Shown: in pieces, positions 1 to 8,735 of the stretch
Position numbering within the stretch: position 1 is the stretch's first letter
Layout of the letters: each line of letters opens with the position of its first letter
Source: Planctomycetota bacterium
GTDB taxonomy: Bacteria; Planctomycetota; PLA2; JAEUHO01
Length of the DNA: 64,000 nt
Assembly: GCA_965223505.1 (NCBI GenBank)
Contig: CBDCWP010000030.1
Location: forward strand, 64,001 to 128,000
Direction: 5' to 3'
Made by a program: the position numbers and the translations under genes
The notes under the pieces: model-generated
What the model saw: only the letters and a program-made list of their open reading frames with translations
The model's database searches: none
Told to the model about the DNA's origin: nothing

Positions 1-1398
1 CTGCAATCGCCGGCGACGAACCAGGCACAGTACGTGATCATCCCGCGCGCATCGGTGCCAGGCAGCACCGTGTTCGCCGACGATCAGGGCCTGGCGTGCG
101 CGATGCTCGACTCCGAGGCGGACAACGTCGGCGGCGCCAACGCCGATCCGAACGGGGACGGCGACATGGTCGACACCGAGCTGCTCGTCCTCGACCTCTC
201 GTTCCCGGGCGGCGGCCCGCCGAACATCTTCGGCTGGGCAGGAACGCAGGCGGGACCGATGCCGCCCGCTCAGCCGCCGTCGCCCGTGGATCCGAACGCC
301 GCGTTCGCGACGAGTGCGTCGGACACGCTCGTCGCGTACTACGTAGACGAGACGGCCGTCGGGGTGGGTCTCGATCAGAACGGCGACGGCGACGCGATCG
401 ACCTCGTGCCGGCGTACTGGAACTTCGCGATCCAGAACGAGGTGCGCCTGGCACTCGCCCCCGGTGTCCCTGCCGGCTCGCTCAGCGCGCGCCTCGGTGT
501 CGGATCGCCGCAAGCGATGGTCACCGACGTGGGTCGGTTGTTCTTCACCGCGAACGAACAGGGACGCGCCGGCGTCGCGCTCGGGAGCAACAACGACGGC
601 GACGGCGGTACGGACACGCAGATCCTCTACTGGGCCGACACGACGGTGCCCGCGCAGCCGTTCCTGCCCGCCACGCCGGTCGCGCCGGGACTGCCGGGCG
701 CGGGCGGCGCGCTGACGGCGCTTGCGCTGGACGGCGGCGGTTCCGTGAGGGCGCTGACACCCGGCTGGCTGGCCGTGATCGTCAATGAGGGCGCCAACGG
801 CAACCTCGACATCAACGGCAACGGCAACGTCGGCGACATGGCGTATCTGTTGATCGATACCGCCCAATCGCCCCCGGTCGTGCACGTCCCCGCGGTGGCC
901 GGCGGCAACACCGGTCTCGCGCCGTCGGACTCGACGATTCTCGCGAGCGGCGGGAACATCCCGATCACCGGCGTCGCGAACAATCAGGGCGTCGTGCTGC
1001 GACTGACGGAAGCACAGAACGGCAACCTGGACGGAGACGGCAACGTCAACGAGATCCTGCTGGCGTTCGTCGACTTCAGCACGCCCGGCACGGCGACCGT
1101 GCTGGATGCCGGCGGCGACTACTGCACCATCCGCAACGTCGACATCGCCATCACCGCGAACGAGGCGTACACGAACTCGAACTACAACAACGACGGCGAC
1201 CAAACGGACTTCCTGCTGCGGATCCTCACGACACAAGGTGTGGTCGTCGAGCCGGGCACGCCGTGCGCGCAACGGTCGATTCCCGCCGCCGACACGGGTG
1301 CGTTCTGGGCGTATCTGCGCGACGAGGTGCTGGAAGGTGTCTCGCTCAACGGCGACAGCGACACCCTCGACCTCGTGCTGGCGATCTGGATGCCCTAG
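1..1398 (+). CDS. Repeat protein with 7 visible E...Dx(N/D)xDGDxxD-type calcium-binding-like loops (probable beta-propeller), 5' truncated
   Basis: Frame open from base 1 to TAG at 1398; repeats DPNGDGDMVD, DQNGDGDAID, NNDGDGGTD, DINGNGNVGD, NLDGDGNVNE, NYNNDGDQTD, SLNGDSDTLD. Confidence 0.75.
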   Translation: MQSPATNQAQYVIIPRASVPGSTVFADDQGLACAMLDSEADNVGGANADPNGDGDMVDTELLVLDLSFPGGGPPNIFGWAGTQAGPMPPAQPPSPVDPNAAFATSASDTLVAYYVDETAVGVGLDQNGDGDAIDLVPAYWNFAIQNEVRLALAPGVPAGSLSARLGVGSPQAMVTDVGRLFFTANEQGRAGVALGSNNDGDGGTDTQILYWADTTVPAQPFLPATPVAPGLPGAGGALTALALDGGGSVRALTPGWLAVIVNEGANGNLDINGNGNVGDMAYLLIDTAQSPPVVHVPAVAGGNTGLAPSDSTILASGGNIPITGVANNQGVVLRLTEAQNGNLDGDGNVNEILLAFVDFSTPGTATVLDAGGDYCTIRNVDIAITANEAYTNSNYNNDGDQTDFLLRILTTQGVVVEPGTPCAQRSIPAADTGAFWAYLRDEVLEGVSLNGDSDTLDLVLAIWMP

Positions 1399-2114
1399 AC
1401 GTCGGGCGCCTTGCAGGCCGGCGCGGTGTAACCCCACCACGCGATCAGCGCGAGACCGGCGCAGCCGATCCAGAAGCCCGGTTCGAACTGCGCGAAGGCG
1501 TACTCGCAGAGCGCCCCGTTGGTCGGGAACGCGCCGTGCCACTCGCGCAGAACGCTCGCCGGTAGCGTCGCCGCGTGCATGAGCGCGAGGAGCGCCTGCG
1601 CACCGATCGTCGCTTCGAAGGCGTTCAGTCGACGTTGCGCCTTCCGCCGGTAGAGCAAGACGGCTACGACCACACCGTAGGTGAGCGCGGTCTCGATGCG
1701 CCCGCCCCAACCCGGCAGGAAGCTGCGATAGTCACTGCTCAGGTAGAACGCCTCGAGAACGGCCATGCCCAGCGTGACCAGGATCAGCAACACGTTTGCG
1801 AGCCTGGGACGCCGCCGGGCGATCAAGAGTCCGATCACCCAGATGGGCAGCAGCAGGTGCGTGTAGACCGGCCGGCGCGTCCACAACGCCTCGCGCGGCG
1901 TGAAGTCGTGCGACAGATCCTGGATCGCGCTGACGATCTCGCCGGCCGGCACGCGCATGGGACCGGGCGGACCGAAGAGGATCACGCGCTCGTTCTCGAT
2001 GCGGTTGCCGTGCTCGTCGTAGGGCGCGCCTTCGCGGAACGCGTACGCCGGCAAGAACGTGTTCGCGGTGAACGCCAGAAGGCCGAGCACGAGCAGGATG
2101 CGGCGCCACGTCAT
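1395..2114 (-). CDS. Hypothetical multi-pass membrane protein
   Basis: ATG at 2114 (MTWRRILLVLGLLAF...), 11 nt after the upstream stop; several hydrophobic segments. Confidence 0.7.
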   Translation of the reverse strand: MTWRRILLVLGLLAFTANTFLPAYAFREGAPYDEHGNRIENERVILFGPPGPMRVPAGEIVSAIQDLSHDFTPREALWTRRPVYTHLLLPIWVIGLLIARRRPRLANVLLILVTLGMAVLEAFYLSSDYRSFLPGWGGRIETALTYGVVVAVLLYRRKAQRRLNAFEATIGAQALLALMHAATLPASVLREWHGAFPTNGALCEYAFAQFEPGFWIGCAGLALIAWWGYTAPACKAPDV

Positions 2115-2125
2115 GGGTGCGGGTG

Positions 2126-3667
2126 CTAGAACTCCATGAACGCGAACGCCGCGTGGATGGCGAGCACCAGGATCAGCGCCCGCAGCAGGGTGTGGTGAAT
2201 GCCCTTGACGACCTCGTTGGGATAGCGCTTCGGCGCCGTCCCGATGCGATAGGCAACCAGTGCGACGCCCAGTGCGCAACAACTGACCTTGGCGAAGAGC
2301 CATCCCACGTCCGCACCGTGCAATTGGTCCCCATACGCCTCGTGGAAGTAGCGCGCCGAGTAGCCCGGATGGGTCCCGAGGAACACGACCATCGACGTCG
2401 CGTACGAGAGCACCTGTGCCAGGGCCGTCGCAGCCCACGTCGCGACCAGGAGTCCCGTCGCGGTCGGAAGCAGCAGGTGCCGTCGCAGCGGCACCCGCAG
2501 CAGGTGCAGCGCGTCCACCTGTCGCGTCAAGCTCATGTGGCCGAGGTGAGCGGCGACCGCCGCGCCCAGCTTCGCTGCGAGCAGGACCGAGACCATCAAC
2601 GGCACACTGACGCGCGTGTAGATCAGACCGAGGGCGGCCACGATGTCCTCTTGGATCAGAGGTTCGGCGTACTGCCGCTGCGGCATGCGCTCGAAGATGA
2701 AGTACGTGCCGGTGAACGCGGCGAGCACCGCGCTGATTCCGATGAACGCGCCGACGGACGGCGCGACGTCGCGGCGCAGCGCCTTGCGGATGCGGGGCCC
2801 GTCCAGCGCATGGAACAGCCGCGCCCACGCCCAGGGCAAGAACACGAAGGCGCCGGCGTCGAGCAGGACGTCGACGGTCCCGGTCGCGAGAGCGCGCCAA
2901 CCCCGGGCACAACGCGCGACGAACGACGGCCGAACCTGCGGCGCCGCTTCGTCCCCTTCGGCGGTCGACTCGAGCGCGTGGCGAAGCGTTTCGAAGGTCT
3001 CGACGCCGGGCGGCAACACCTGGATGCGCCGCTCGGAAGGATCGATGAACAGCACGACGTCGGCCCAGTCCGCGAACGACTCGTAGTCATGCGTGATGAC
3101 GAGACTTCCGCGAGAGTGGTTCTCCTCGATGGCCTCGACGACCTGGGCGCGCGCTGCGGGATCCAGCCCCGTCGTGGGTTCGTCGTAGACGAGTACGCCG
3201 GCGCCGCGCAGCAGCGTTCGCGCGATGGCGACCCGCATCTGCTCGCCGCCGGAACACTCGGTGACGGGACGCTCGAGGTGTTGGAGCCGCAACCGCGCGG
3301 CCACGTCCTTGCGCCGCGCTTCGTTCTCGTCACCGAACATCAGGTTCTGATCGACGGTCAGGTCGTCGAACAGGCCGAGTGCGTTGAGCTGGAACACGGC
3401 GCCCATGCGTGCGTCGCGCGCCTCGGGGCCTGCGCCGAGAAGCTCGGCGCCGTCCAGCAGGATCGAGCCGGACACGTCGAGCTGCGGACTCGCAGGGCCC
3501 GCAAACCCGAGTAGCAGGCTGCAGAACAGGGACTTGCCCGAGCCGGACGTCCCCACGAGCAGCACGCGACGGCCCTCGGAGAGCTCGAAGCTCGTCGACT
3601 CGAGCAGCGTTCGACCACGCGCCTTGACCGCGAGGTCGACGACGCGCAAGAGCGTCGGGTCCGCCAT
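2126..3667 (-). CDS. ABC ATPase fused to MlaE-family permease (MlaF-MlaE-like)
   Basis: Starts MADPTLL; Walker A GTSGSGKS, signature CSGGEQMR, Walker B VLVYDEP; C-terminal PLMVSVLLAAKLGAAVAAHLGHMSLTRQVDAL matches the MlaE motif. Confidence 0.85.
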   Translation of the reverse strand: MADPTLLRVVDLAVKARGRTLLESTSFELSEGRRVLLVGTSGSGKSLFCSLLLGFAGPASPQLDVSGSILLDGAELLGAGPEARDARMGAVFQLNALGLFDDLTVDQNLMFGDENEARRKDVAARLRLQHLERPVTECSGGEQMRVAIARTLLRGAGVLVYDEPTTGLDPAARAQVVEAIEENHSRGSLVITHDYESFADWADVVLFIDPSERRIQVLPPGVETFETLRHALESTAEGDEAAPQVRPSFVARCARGWRALATGTVDVLLDAGAFVFLPWAWARLFHALDGPRIRKALRRDVAPSVGAFIGISAVLAAFTGTYFIFERMPQRQYAEPLIQEDIVAALGLIYTRVSVPLMVSVLLAAKLGAAVAAHLGHMSLTRQVDALHLLRVPLRRHLLLPTATGLLVATWAATALAQVLSYATSMVVFLGTHPGYSARYFHEAYGDQLHGADVGWLFAKVSCCALGVALVAYRIGTAPKRYPNEVVKGIHHTLLRALILVLAIHAAFAFMEF

Positions 3668-4707
3668 CAGTTCGGGTCCGCCATGGGACGTTCGATCAGG
3701 ACGAGCGCGGTCTTCTTGTCGAGCAGCGTCGCCCGCAGCATCGCGGCGAAACGGATGCGCAGTCCGCCGCTCGGTCCGCGGACGACCTCTTCGACGGCCA
3801 TGCGCAGAAGCGACTCGCCTTCGTCCTCGATCGCGTCCTGCTTGCTTGCGTAGACCGGATCGAGCAGCTCGTCCTTGGCCGCGTCGAACAGCTCGGACTT
3901 CACCCACGCGCTGACCTCGGGCACGTGGCTCTTGAGCCCCCGCGCGATGGCCCGCAGAACGCGGGCCTGGTTGACGCTCCACCACGCCGTCGCCGCCTTC
4001 GTCGCCACCGGCATCACCTGCCGCTTGATGCCGCGCTCGTCCCCGCGCACGACCTTCCAGAGCAAGCCGACACGGTCGAGCAGATCGAAGTGCCGGTCCA
4101 CGGCGCGCGCGACGGCGTCCGCGAGCTCGTTGAGCAGCGGCTCCACCTCCTGCATGACCGAAGACCCCATGGCCTTGACCAGCTTGCTCGACTCGGTGTC
4201 CTTGGTCGGATCGATGCGATCGAGGAACGCAGGGAGATTGCGCTCGACTTCGGGATAGAGCTCCTCGTCCCACAAGCGCTCGAGCCGCCGGACGAGCTCC
4301 CGCCCGACACGCTCGGCCGTCTCGGGCGGCACGGCGGTGTGAAACGCGTCCATCATCCCGCGCTTGGGCGGAACCACCCGCACCCGCCACGGCCCTGCCG
4401 GATCTTCGCCGGCGGCGAACCGAACGCGCAGGCGTCCGTCGTCCACCGCGACGACGTGCGCGACGGGCCGCGCCTCGCCGTCGGGCTCGACGAAGAAGAC
4501 GGGCGCGCCGACGTCGACGCCCTTCGTCGTGTCGACCGGCGTGAGCAGATCGTCGTCGCGCTCGGCGCTCAGCCCGCTCAGGAGCTCCGCGGTGATCCGT
4601 TCGGCAGGCCGTGCGACGGAAGGAGACGCGAGGAGCAGGACGAGGGCGAGCATCGCGCCCGCGAGGATGCCGCTGCCGAGCCAAGCCTTGAGTTGCGGGT
4701 TGTTCAC
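3667..4707 (-). CDS. Membrane-anchored protein, divergent MlaD/MCE-like
   Basis: N-terminal TM, then GVDVGAPV...PVAHVVAV resembling the MCE core, then a long helical tail; stop overlaps the start of the MlaF-E fusion. Confidence 0.55.
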   Translation of the reverse strand: MNNPQLKAWLGSGILAGAMLALVLLLASPSVARPAERITAELLSGLSAERDDDLLTPVDTTKGVDVGAPVFFVEPDGEARPVAHVVAVDDGRLRVRFAAGEDPAGPWRVRVVPPKRGMMDAFHTAVPPETAERVGRELVRRLERLWDEELYPEVERNLPAFLDRIDPTKDTESSKLVKAMGSSVMQEVEPLLNELADAVARAVDRHFDLLDRVGLLWKVVRGDERGIKRQVMPVATKAATAWWSVNQARVLRAIARGLKSHVPEVSAWVKSELFDAAKDELLDPVYASKQDAIEDEGESLLRMAVEEVVRGPSGGLRIRFAAMLRATLLDKKTALVLIERPMADPN

Positions 4708-4769
4708 GGTGACCTCGGACGGCCGGGAGGCGCGATTCTACGGGACGTCCCGGCGGCGGGTCGGCGAGA

Positions 4770-5366
4770 TCACGCGTACGGGGCGACGCCCTCGCGCAGA
4801 AGCGCCTGTAGCGCCGTTTCGTGCGTCTCGATCAGCGCGTTCGGCCGCCGGTCGAGCACGACCCGGCCGTCCAGATCCCGGACGACGAACCCCGTGACGC
4901 AGCGCCGGTCCACGTGCACGCTGAAGTCGGTCGCACCCTGGTCGAGCAGCGCCTCGTAGACGGCGAGCCGGTCGCGCTTGGCGGCGAAGACCTCCATCGG
5001 GCCGTCGACGGCGGCGGCCTCCCTCGCCCAGTGCCGCAGCGCGCCCACGTAGTCCTCGGTGTCGGGCAGGGACTGGATCGAGAGTGTGAGTCGCCGCGCG
5101 AAGCGGTCGTAGAGCTGCGTGAACGCTTCGGCACGCAGGGACGCGACCTCGCGCTCCGCCTCCAGGCGCGCGGCGTCCTTCGCCGCCTCGCCGCGCACGC
5201 GACCGAGGTTCTTTGCCGCCTCCGAGAGCTCGCGCACGTGGTCTTCCGCGTCGATCACGAGACGGCGCGCCTCGTTGACGGCCTGATCCTCGGCACGTCG
5301 GCTGCCGCGGTCGGCATCTTCGAGGATGATGTCGACGAGCGCATGGAACGCGGCGTCATGCAACAT
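4770..5366 (-). CDS. V/A-type ATP synthase subunit E-like
   Basis: N-terminal IILEDA coiled coil; C-terminal GFVVRDLDGRVVLDRR resembles the subunit E globular motif; overlaps the subunit I-like gene. Confidence 0.65.
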   Translation of the reverse strand: MLHDAAFHALVDIILEDADRGSRRAEDQAVNEARRLVIDAEDHVRELSEAAKNLGRVRGEAAKDAARLEAEREVASLRAEAFTQLYDRFARRLTLSIQSLPDTEDYVGALRHWAREAAAVDGPMEVFAAKRDRLAVYEALLDQGATDFSVHVDRRCVTGFVVRDLDGRVVLDRRPNALIETHETALQALLREGVAPYA

Positions 5367-7278
5367 GGGTTCCCCTCTCCCGGCTCGGCCCGCGGCGCAC
5401 GCGGCGCCGGAACGGCTCGAACGGCTGCGTGAGCTCGCGTCCCCCCAAAGACGTGTCGTAGGGCACGCCGATCGCCACGTGCGCCGCGTCAGCGACCACG
5501 GCGAGCACCCCCACGACGAGGGCGACCGGTACCACGAGCAGCGCGACGGCGCCGGCGTCGGCCCATGCGGCGAAGCCGTACTCGAACAACATCACCGACG
5601 CGCCCCCGACCGCCACGAGCCGCAGCACGCCGACGAGATCGAGGCAGAAGCGCGTCACGAACGCGCGCGCTCCCTCCAGAACGAACACCGCGACGGCGAC
5701 GAGCGGCACGAGGATCCACGCCCACGCGACCGCCGGTACGGCCTCGCCCACGACCGCCGCCGCGAACCCCGCAATCACCGCGTAGCGCAACGTCGTCAGC
5801 AGCGCCGCGCGCGCACGCGCGGCCCGGCCGCCGCGCACCGCGCGAAGCGCGAGCACGGCGCCGTACAGCGCGAACGCGCCCGCGAGGAGGCCGATCACCG
5901 CGAGCACGCCGGCGAACGGCTGCAAGAGAGCCGGCAACGCGCCGGCGCCGAGGTCGAGCGTGTCCACGACGCCCCACCCCTCACCAAACCACGCCGCGCC
6001 GGCATCGCCGAGCGCGCGGCCGATCAGAAGCCCCGCCGCCAACGCGGCGAGGCCGCCGGCTTGCGCCATGATCGCGGTGTGCCGGCGGGGCGAGCCGCGC
6101 CGGGCACGGACGCCGAGCAACGCGCCCGCGATCATCAGCAGCAGGCCGCCGGCCGCGTCGGCCCAAGCCAGGCCGACGGCGACGGGCGCGAAGACGGCGA
6201 GCACGCTTGCGACGCCGACGTCGCCGAAGCGCGACGGCCGCAGCCCTTCGAGCGCGGCGAACGGAACGGCGGCGACGGTGCGCGGAAGCGTCGGGGCGTC
6301 GTCGGCCTCGGCCAGCGGCCGGATCACGATGTGCTTGCCGAACACCTTCGTCATGTGCTCGGCGAGCGGTTCGCCGTCTTCGCGTCGTACGAACACGCGC
6401 GCGGCAGCGACGTGTTCCGTTGCGGCCAGCCGTCCGCGCGCCTCGCGGCGCCCTTCGGCGTCTTCGAGCGAGTCGAGCAGCTGGCGCGCGCGCGCGCCGT
6501 CTTCGCGTACGCGCAGCGTCAAGGCGGCGCGAGCGGCGCCGACCTCGTGCTGCGCGCGGCTGCGCGCTTCGAGCGCTTCCCGCAGCGCGTCTTCGATCAG
6601 CGCGCCTTGCATCGTGGCGGGGAAATCGAACGCGCGCGCGCCGACCGCTTCGGCGATCTGTTCGACGCCGTCGCTCGTGACGGTCGCGTCCGCGGCGCGC
6701 AGCACGAAGACGTGGCTCTTGTCGCCGTCCCGCCGGAGCGGGTCGAGCCGGGCGCGGCGCAGACGCCGGCCCAGTTGCCGCGCCGCGCGTGGCTCGGTGG
6801 GCAGCGCGAGCGCGCGACCGTTGACGGTCGGCTCGTCGGCGGCCTGGAGGGCCTCGACGCCGGCCAGGACGGCGTCGGCGAACTCGTACGACGCATCGGC
6901 GCGCCGCAGCGCCTCGAGCTCGACGTGGATCCGACCGGCGAGCGTGACGGCCTCGTCGCGCAAGGCGAGCAGGTCGGCCTCCCCGATGCCGCCGGGGGCC
7001 ATCGTCCAGTCGGGGCGCCGGCCGGGCGGCTCGTCGACGGCAGTCGGCGGCAGCACGCGCTCGACCGCCTGGAGTGACCGGCCGGCTTCGCTGCGAATCA
7101 GCTCGATGTCCTGCTCGTGCGCGTCGGGCCGCGGGCGTCCGATGCCCGCCTCGCCCTCGAGCCCGTGCAGCGCGTCGCCAAGATGGCAGGTGCCCAGATC
7201 CTGGAGGGCGGCGAGCCAGTCCTCGACGGACGCGCGCGGGCCGAGGATCTCGTAGTGCTGGAAGGGGGCATCGATCAT
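5356..7278 (-). CDS. V/A-type ATP synthase subunit I-like, degenerate
   Basis: MIDAPFQHYEILGP...LQDLGTCHL N-terminus; DAPTL..PF..., GLAWADAAGGL, VLRLVAVG (essential-Arg helix) and QPFEPF tail follow NtpI order. Confidence 0.75.
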   Translation of the reverse strand: MIDAPFQHYEILGPRASVEDWLAALQDLGTCHLGDALHGLEGEAGIGRPRPDAHEQDIELIRSEAGRSLQAVERVLPPTAVDEPPGRRPDWTMAPGGIGEADLLALRDEAVTLAGRIHVELEALRRADASYEFADAVLAGVEALQAADEPTVNGRALALPTEPRAARQLGRRLRRARLDPLRRDGDKSHVFVLRAADATVTSDGVEQIAEAVGARAFDFPATMQGALIEDALREALEARSRAQHEVGAARAALTLRVREDGARARQLLDSLEDAEGRREARGRLAATEHVAAARVFVRREDGEPLAEHMTKVFGKHIVIRPLAEADDAPTLPRTVAAVPFAALEGLRPSRFGDVGVASVLAVFAPVAVGLAWADAAGGLLLMIAGALLGVRARRGSPRRHTAIMAQAGGLAALAAGLLIGRALGDAGAAWFGEGWGVVDTLDLGAGALPALLQPFAGVLAVIGLLAGAFALYGAVLALRAVRGGRAARARAALLTTLRYAVIAGFAAAVVGEAVPAVAWAWILVPLVAVAVFVLEGARAFVTRFCLDLVGVLRLVAVGGASVMLFEYGFAAWADAGAVALLVVPVALVVGVLAVVADAAHVAIGVPYDTSLGGRELTQPFEPFRRRVRRGPSRERGTHVA

Positions 7279-7658
7279 TCCGCGACGACCTCCGGCGCCT
7301 CGGCGGGTGCGTCGCGCTCGCCGCACAGCAACGCCATGGCGGCGACGAGTAGCTCGTCCATGCGCGACTCCGCGTCGTCGATCCAACGTCGGACGGCGAG
7401 CCGGGCCTCGCTCACGGCGTCGACGCCGGCGGCCTCGACCTGGCGCAGAGCCTCGCGTTCGCCTTCGATGACGATGTCCCGCAGCTTCTGCTCACCCTCC
7501 TCGCGGATGCGCTTGGCCTCGGCGCGGGCCGCCGCCAGACGCGCCTGGGCGTCGCCCTGCGCCCCCTGCAGCCGCTCACGCGCCCAGGCTTCGACGGCGA
7601 GGAACGCAGGCAGGGCGGAGCGCCCCGGTGTGACGGGCGGGAGGTTGGGTCGCGTCAT
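7275..7658 (-). CDS. V/A-type ATP synthase subunit G/H-like coiled-coil protein
   Basis: 127 aa Ala/Glu/Arg helix (ARLAAARAEAKRIREE); ATGA overlap with the subunit I-like gene. Confidence 0.6.
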   Translation of the reverse strand: MTRPNLPPVTPGRSALPAFLAVEAWARERLQGAQGDAQARLAAARAEAKRIREEGEQKLRDIVIEGEREALRQVEAAGVDAVSEARLAVRRWIDDAESRMDELLVAAMALLCGERDAPAEAPEVVAE

Positions 7659-7791
7659 GGACGTGGAGCGTACCGGCGGAGCAGGACAGCGTCGGACCGT
7701 AGCGCGCGGCAGCCGACGAAGGCCCCTTGCTCACCGCGCACCCGCCACGACGGCGATCCGGCCAGGCGCCGTCGAGCGGGACGAGCCGCCG

Positions 7792-8712
7792 CTAGCCGCC
7801 GGTGGCGTTCTTCTTCAGCCAGTCGACGAGCTGCTCGCGGACGGACGCGAACTTGCCGTTGACCTTCACGTCGACAGCCTTCAGCAGCGCCTCGACCTCC
7901 TTGCGCTTGTCGGCCGTGGAGCTGTCGTCGTCCTCGACGGCGAACTCGAAGGCGTAGCCGACGTCCTCGCTGATCGACGCCATGTGCGCGTCGATGTAGG
8001 CCGTCAGGCCCTTGCCGGGCTTCTTCGCGATCTTCAGGACCTCCACGAACGCCTCGAGGGCCTTGCGCCACTCCTCGTCGTCGATCGCCGCGAGGGCGAC
8101 CTCCATGTGCGGGAGCGCTTTTTCGAACTTCTTGAAGGTCAACGCTTCGCCCAGCTCCTTCTGAAGGGCTTCGGTCGCCTTCTGAATGCTCTTCGTGACG
8201 AACTGGTCCTTCTCCTCGATGCGGTGCACCTTGCCGTCGGGCGCGATCAGCCACGAGTTCGGGCAGAGCTCGACGAAGGGCACCACCGGCAGCGTCTCGT
8301 CACGAGAGGCATCGGTCTCGACCGCGATGTTGAGGTGGTCGCGGCACGTCAGACCGGGATAGAGCGGGCAGCGCTTGTTCTCGCCGGTCTGGTTCGCGAC
8401 CTCGATCTCTTCGTGCCCGAGCTCGTTGTGCGCAATCAACACGATCACGCTCTCTTCCGCCCACTTGATGAACGACTTGTTGGTCAGCACCGACCGGTAC
8501 TGGTTCGTGCAGCGGCCTCAGAAGTCCTTGTGACGGCTGAAGAAGATCGGCACGTTGCGAACGCGCGCCTCGACCATCGCCGCTTCGTAGCTCGTCATGT
8601 AGCGCAGGTGTGCGCCCTTCGGGTGCTCCTCCGCGAACGCGCCGCCGGCGAACAGGATCGCCGCCGCGATTCCGAGCCAGCAGACCGGCCCGGTCAGTCT
8701 TCGAATCCGCAT
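7792..8712 (-). CDS. Exported thioredoxin-like selenoprotein (UGRC), 306 aa with Sec65
   Basis: GGAGG RBS, ATG at 8712, signal peptide ending AFA; ...SRHKDF-TGA(8518-8520)-GRCTNQYRSVLTNK continues in frame into ORF 7792..8490; hairpin after the TGA. Confidence 0.85.
8485..8502 (-). promoter_or_regulatory. Putative bacterial SECIS apical hairpin
   Basis: mRNA CAGUACC-GGUC-GGUGCUG, 7-bp stem (one U-G) starting 16 nt after UGA, GU in the loop. Confidence 0.7.
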
Positions 8713-8735
8713 GTGACCTCCCGAGACGCCGGCCG

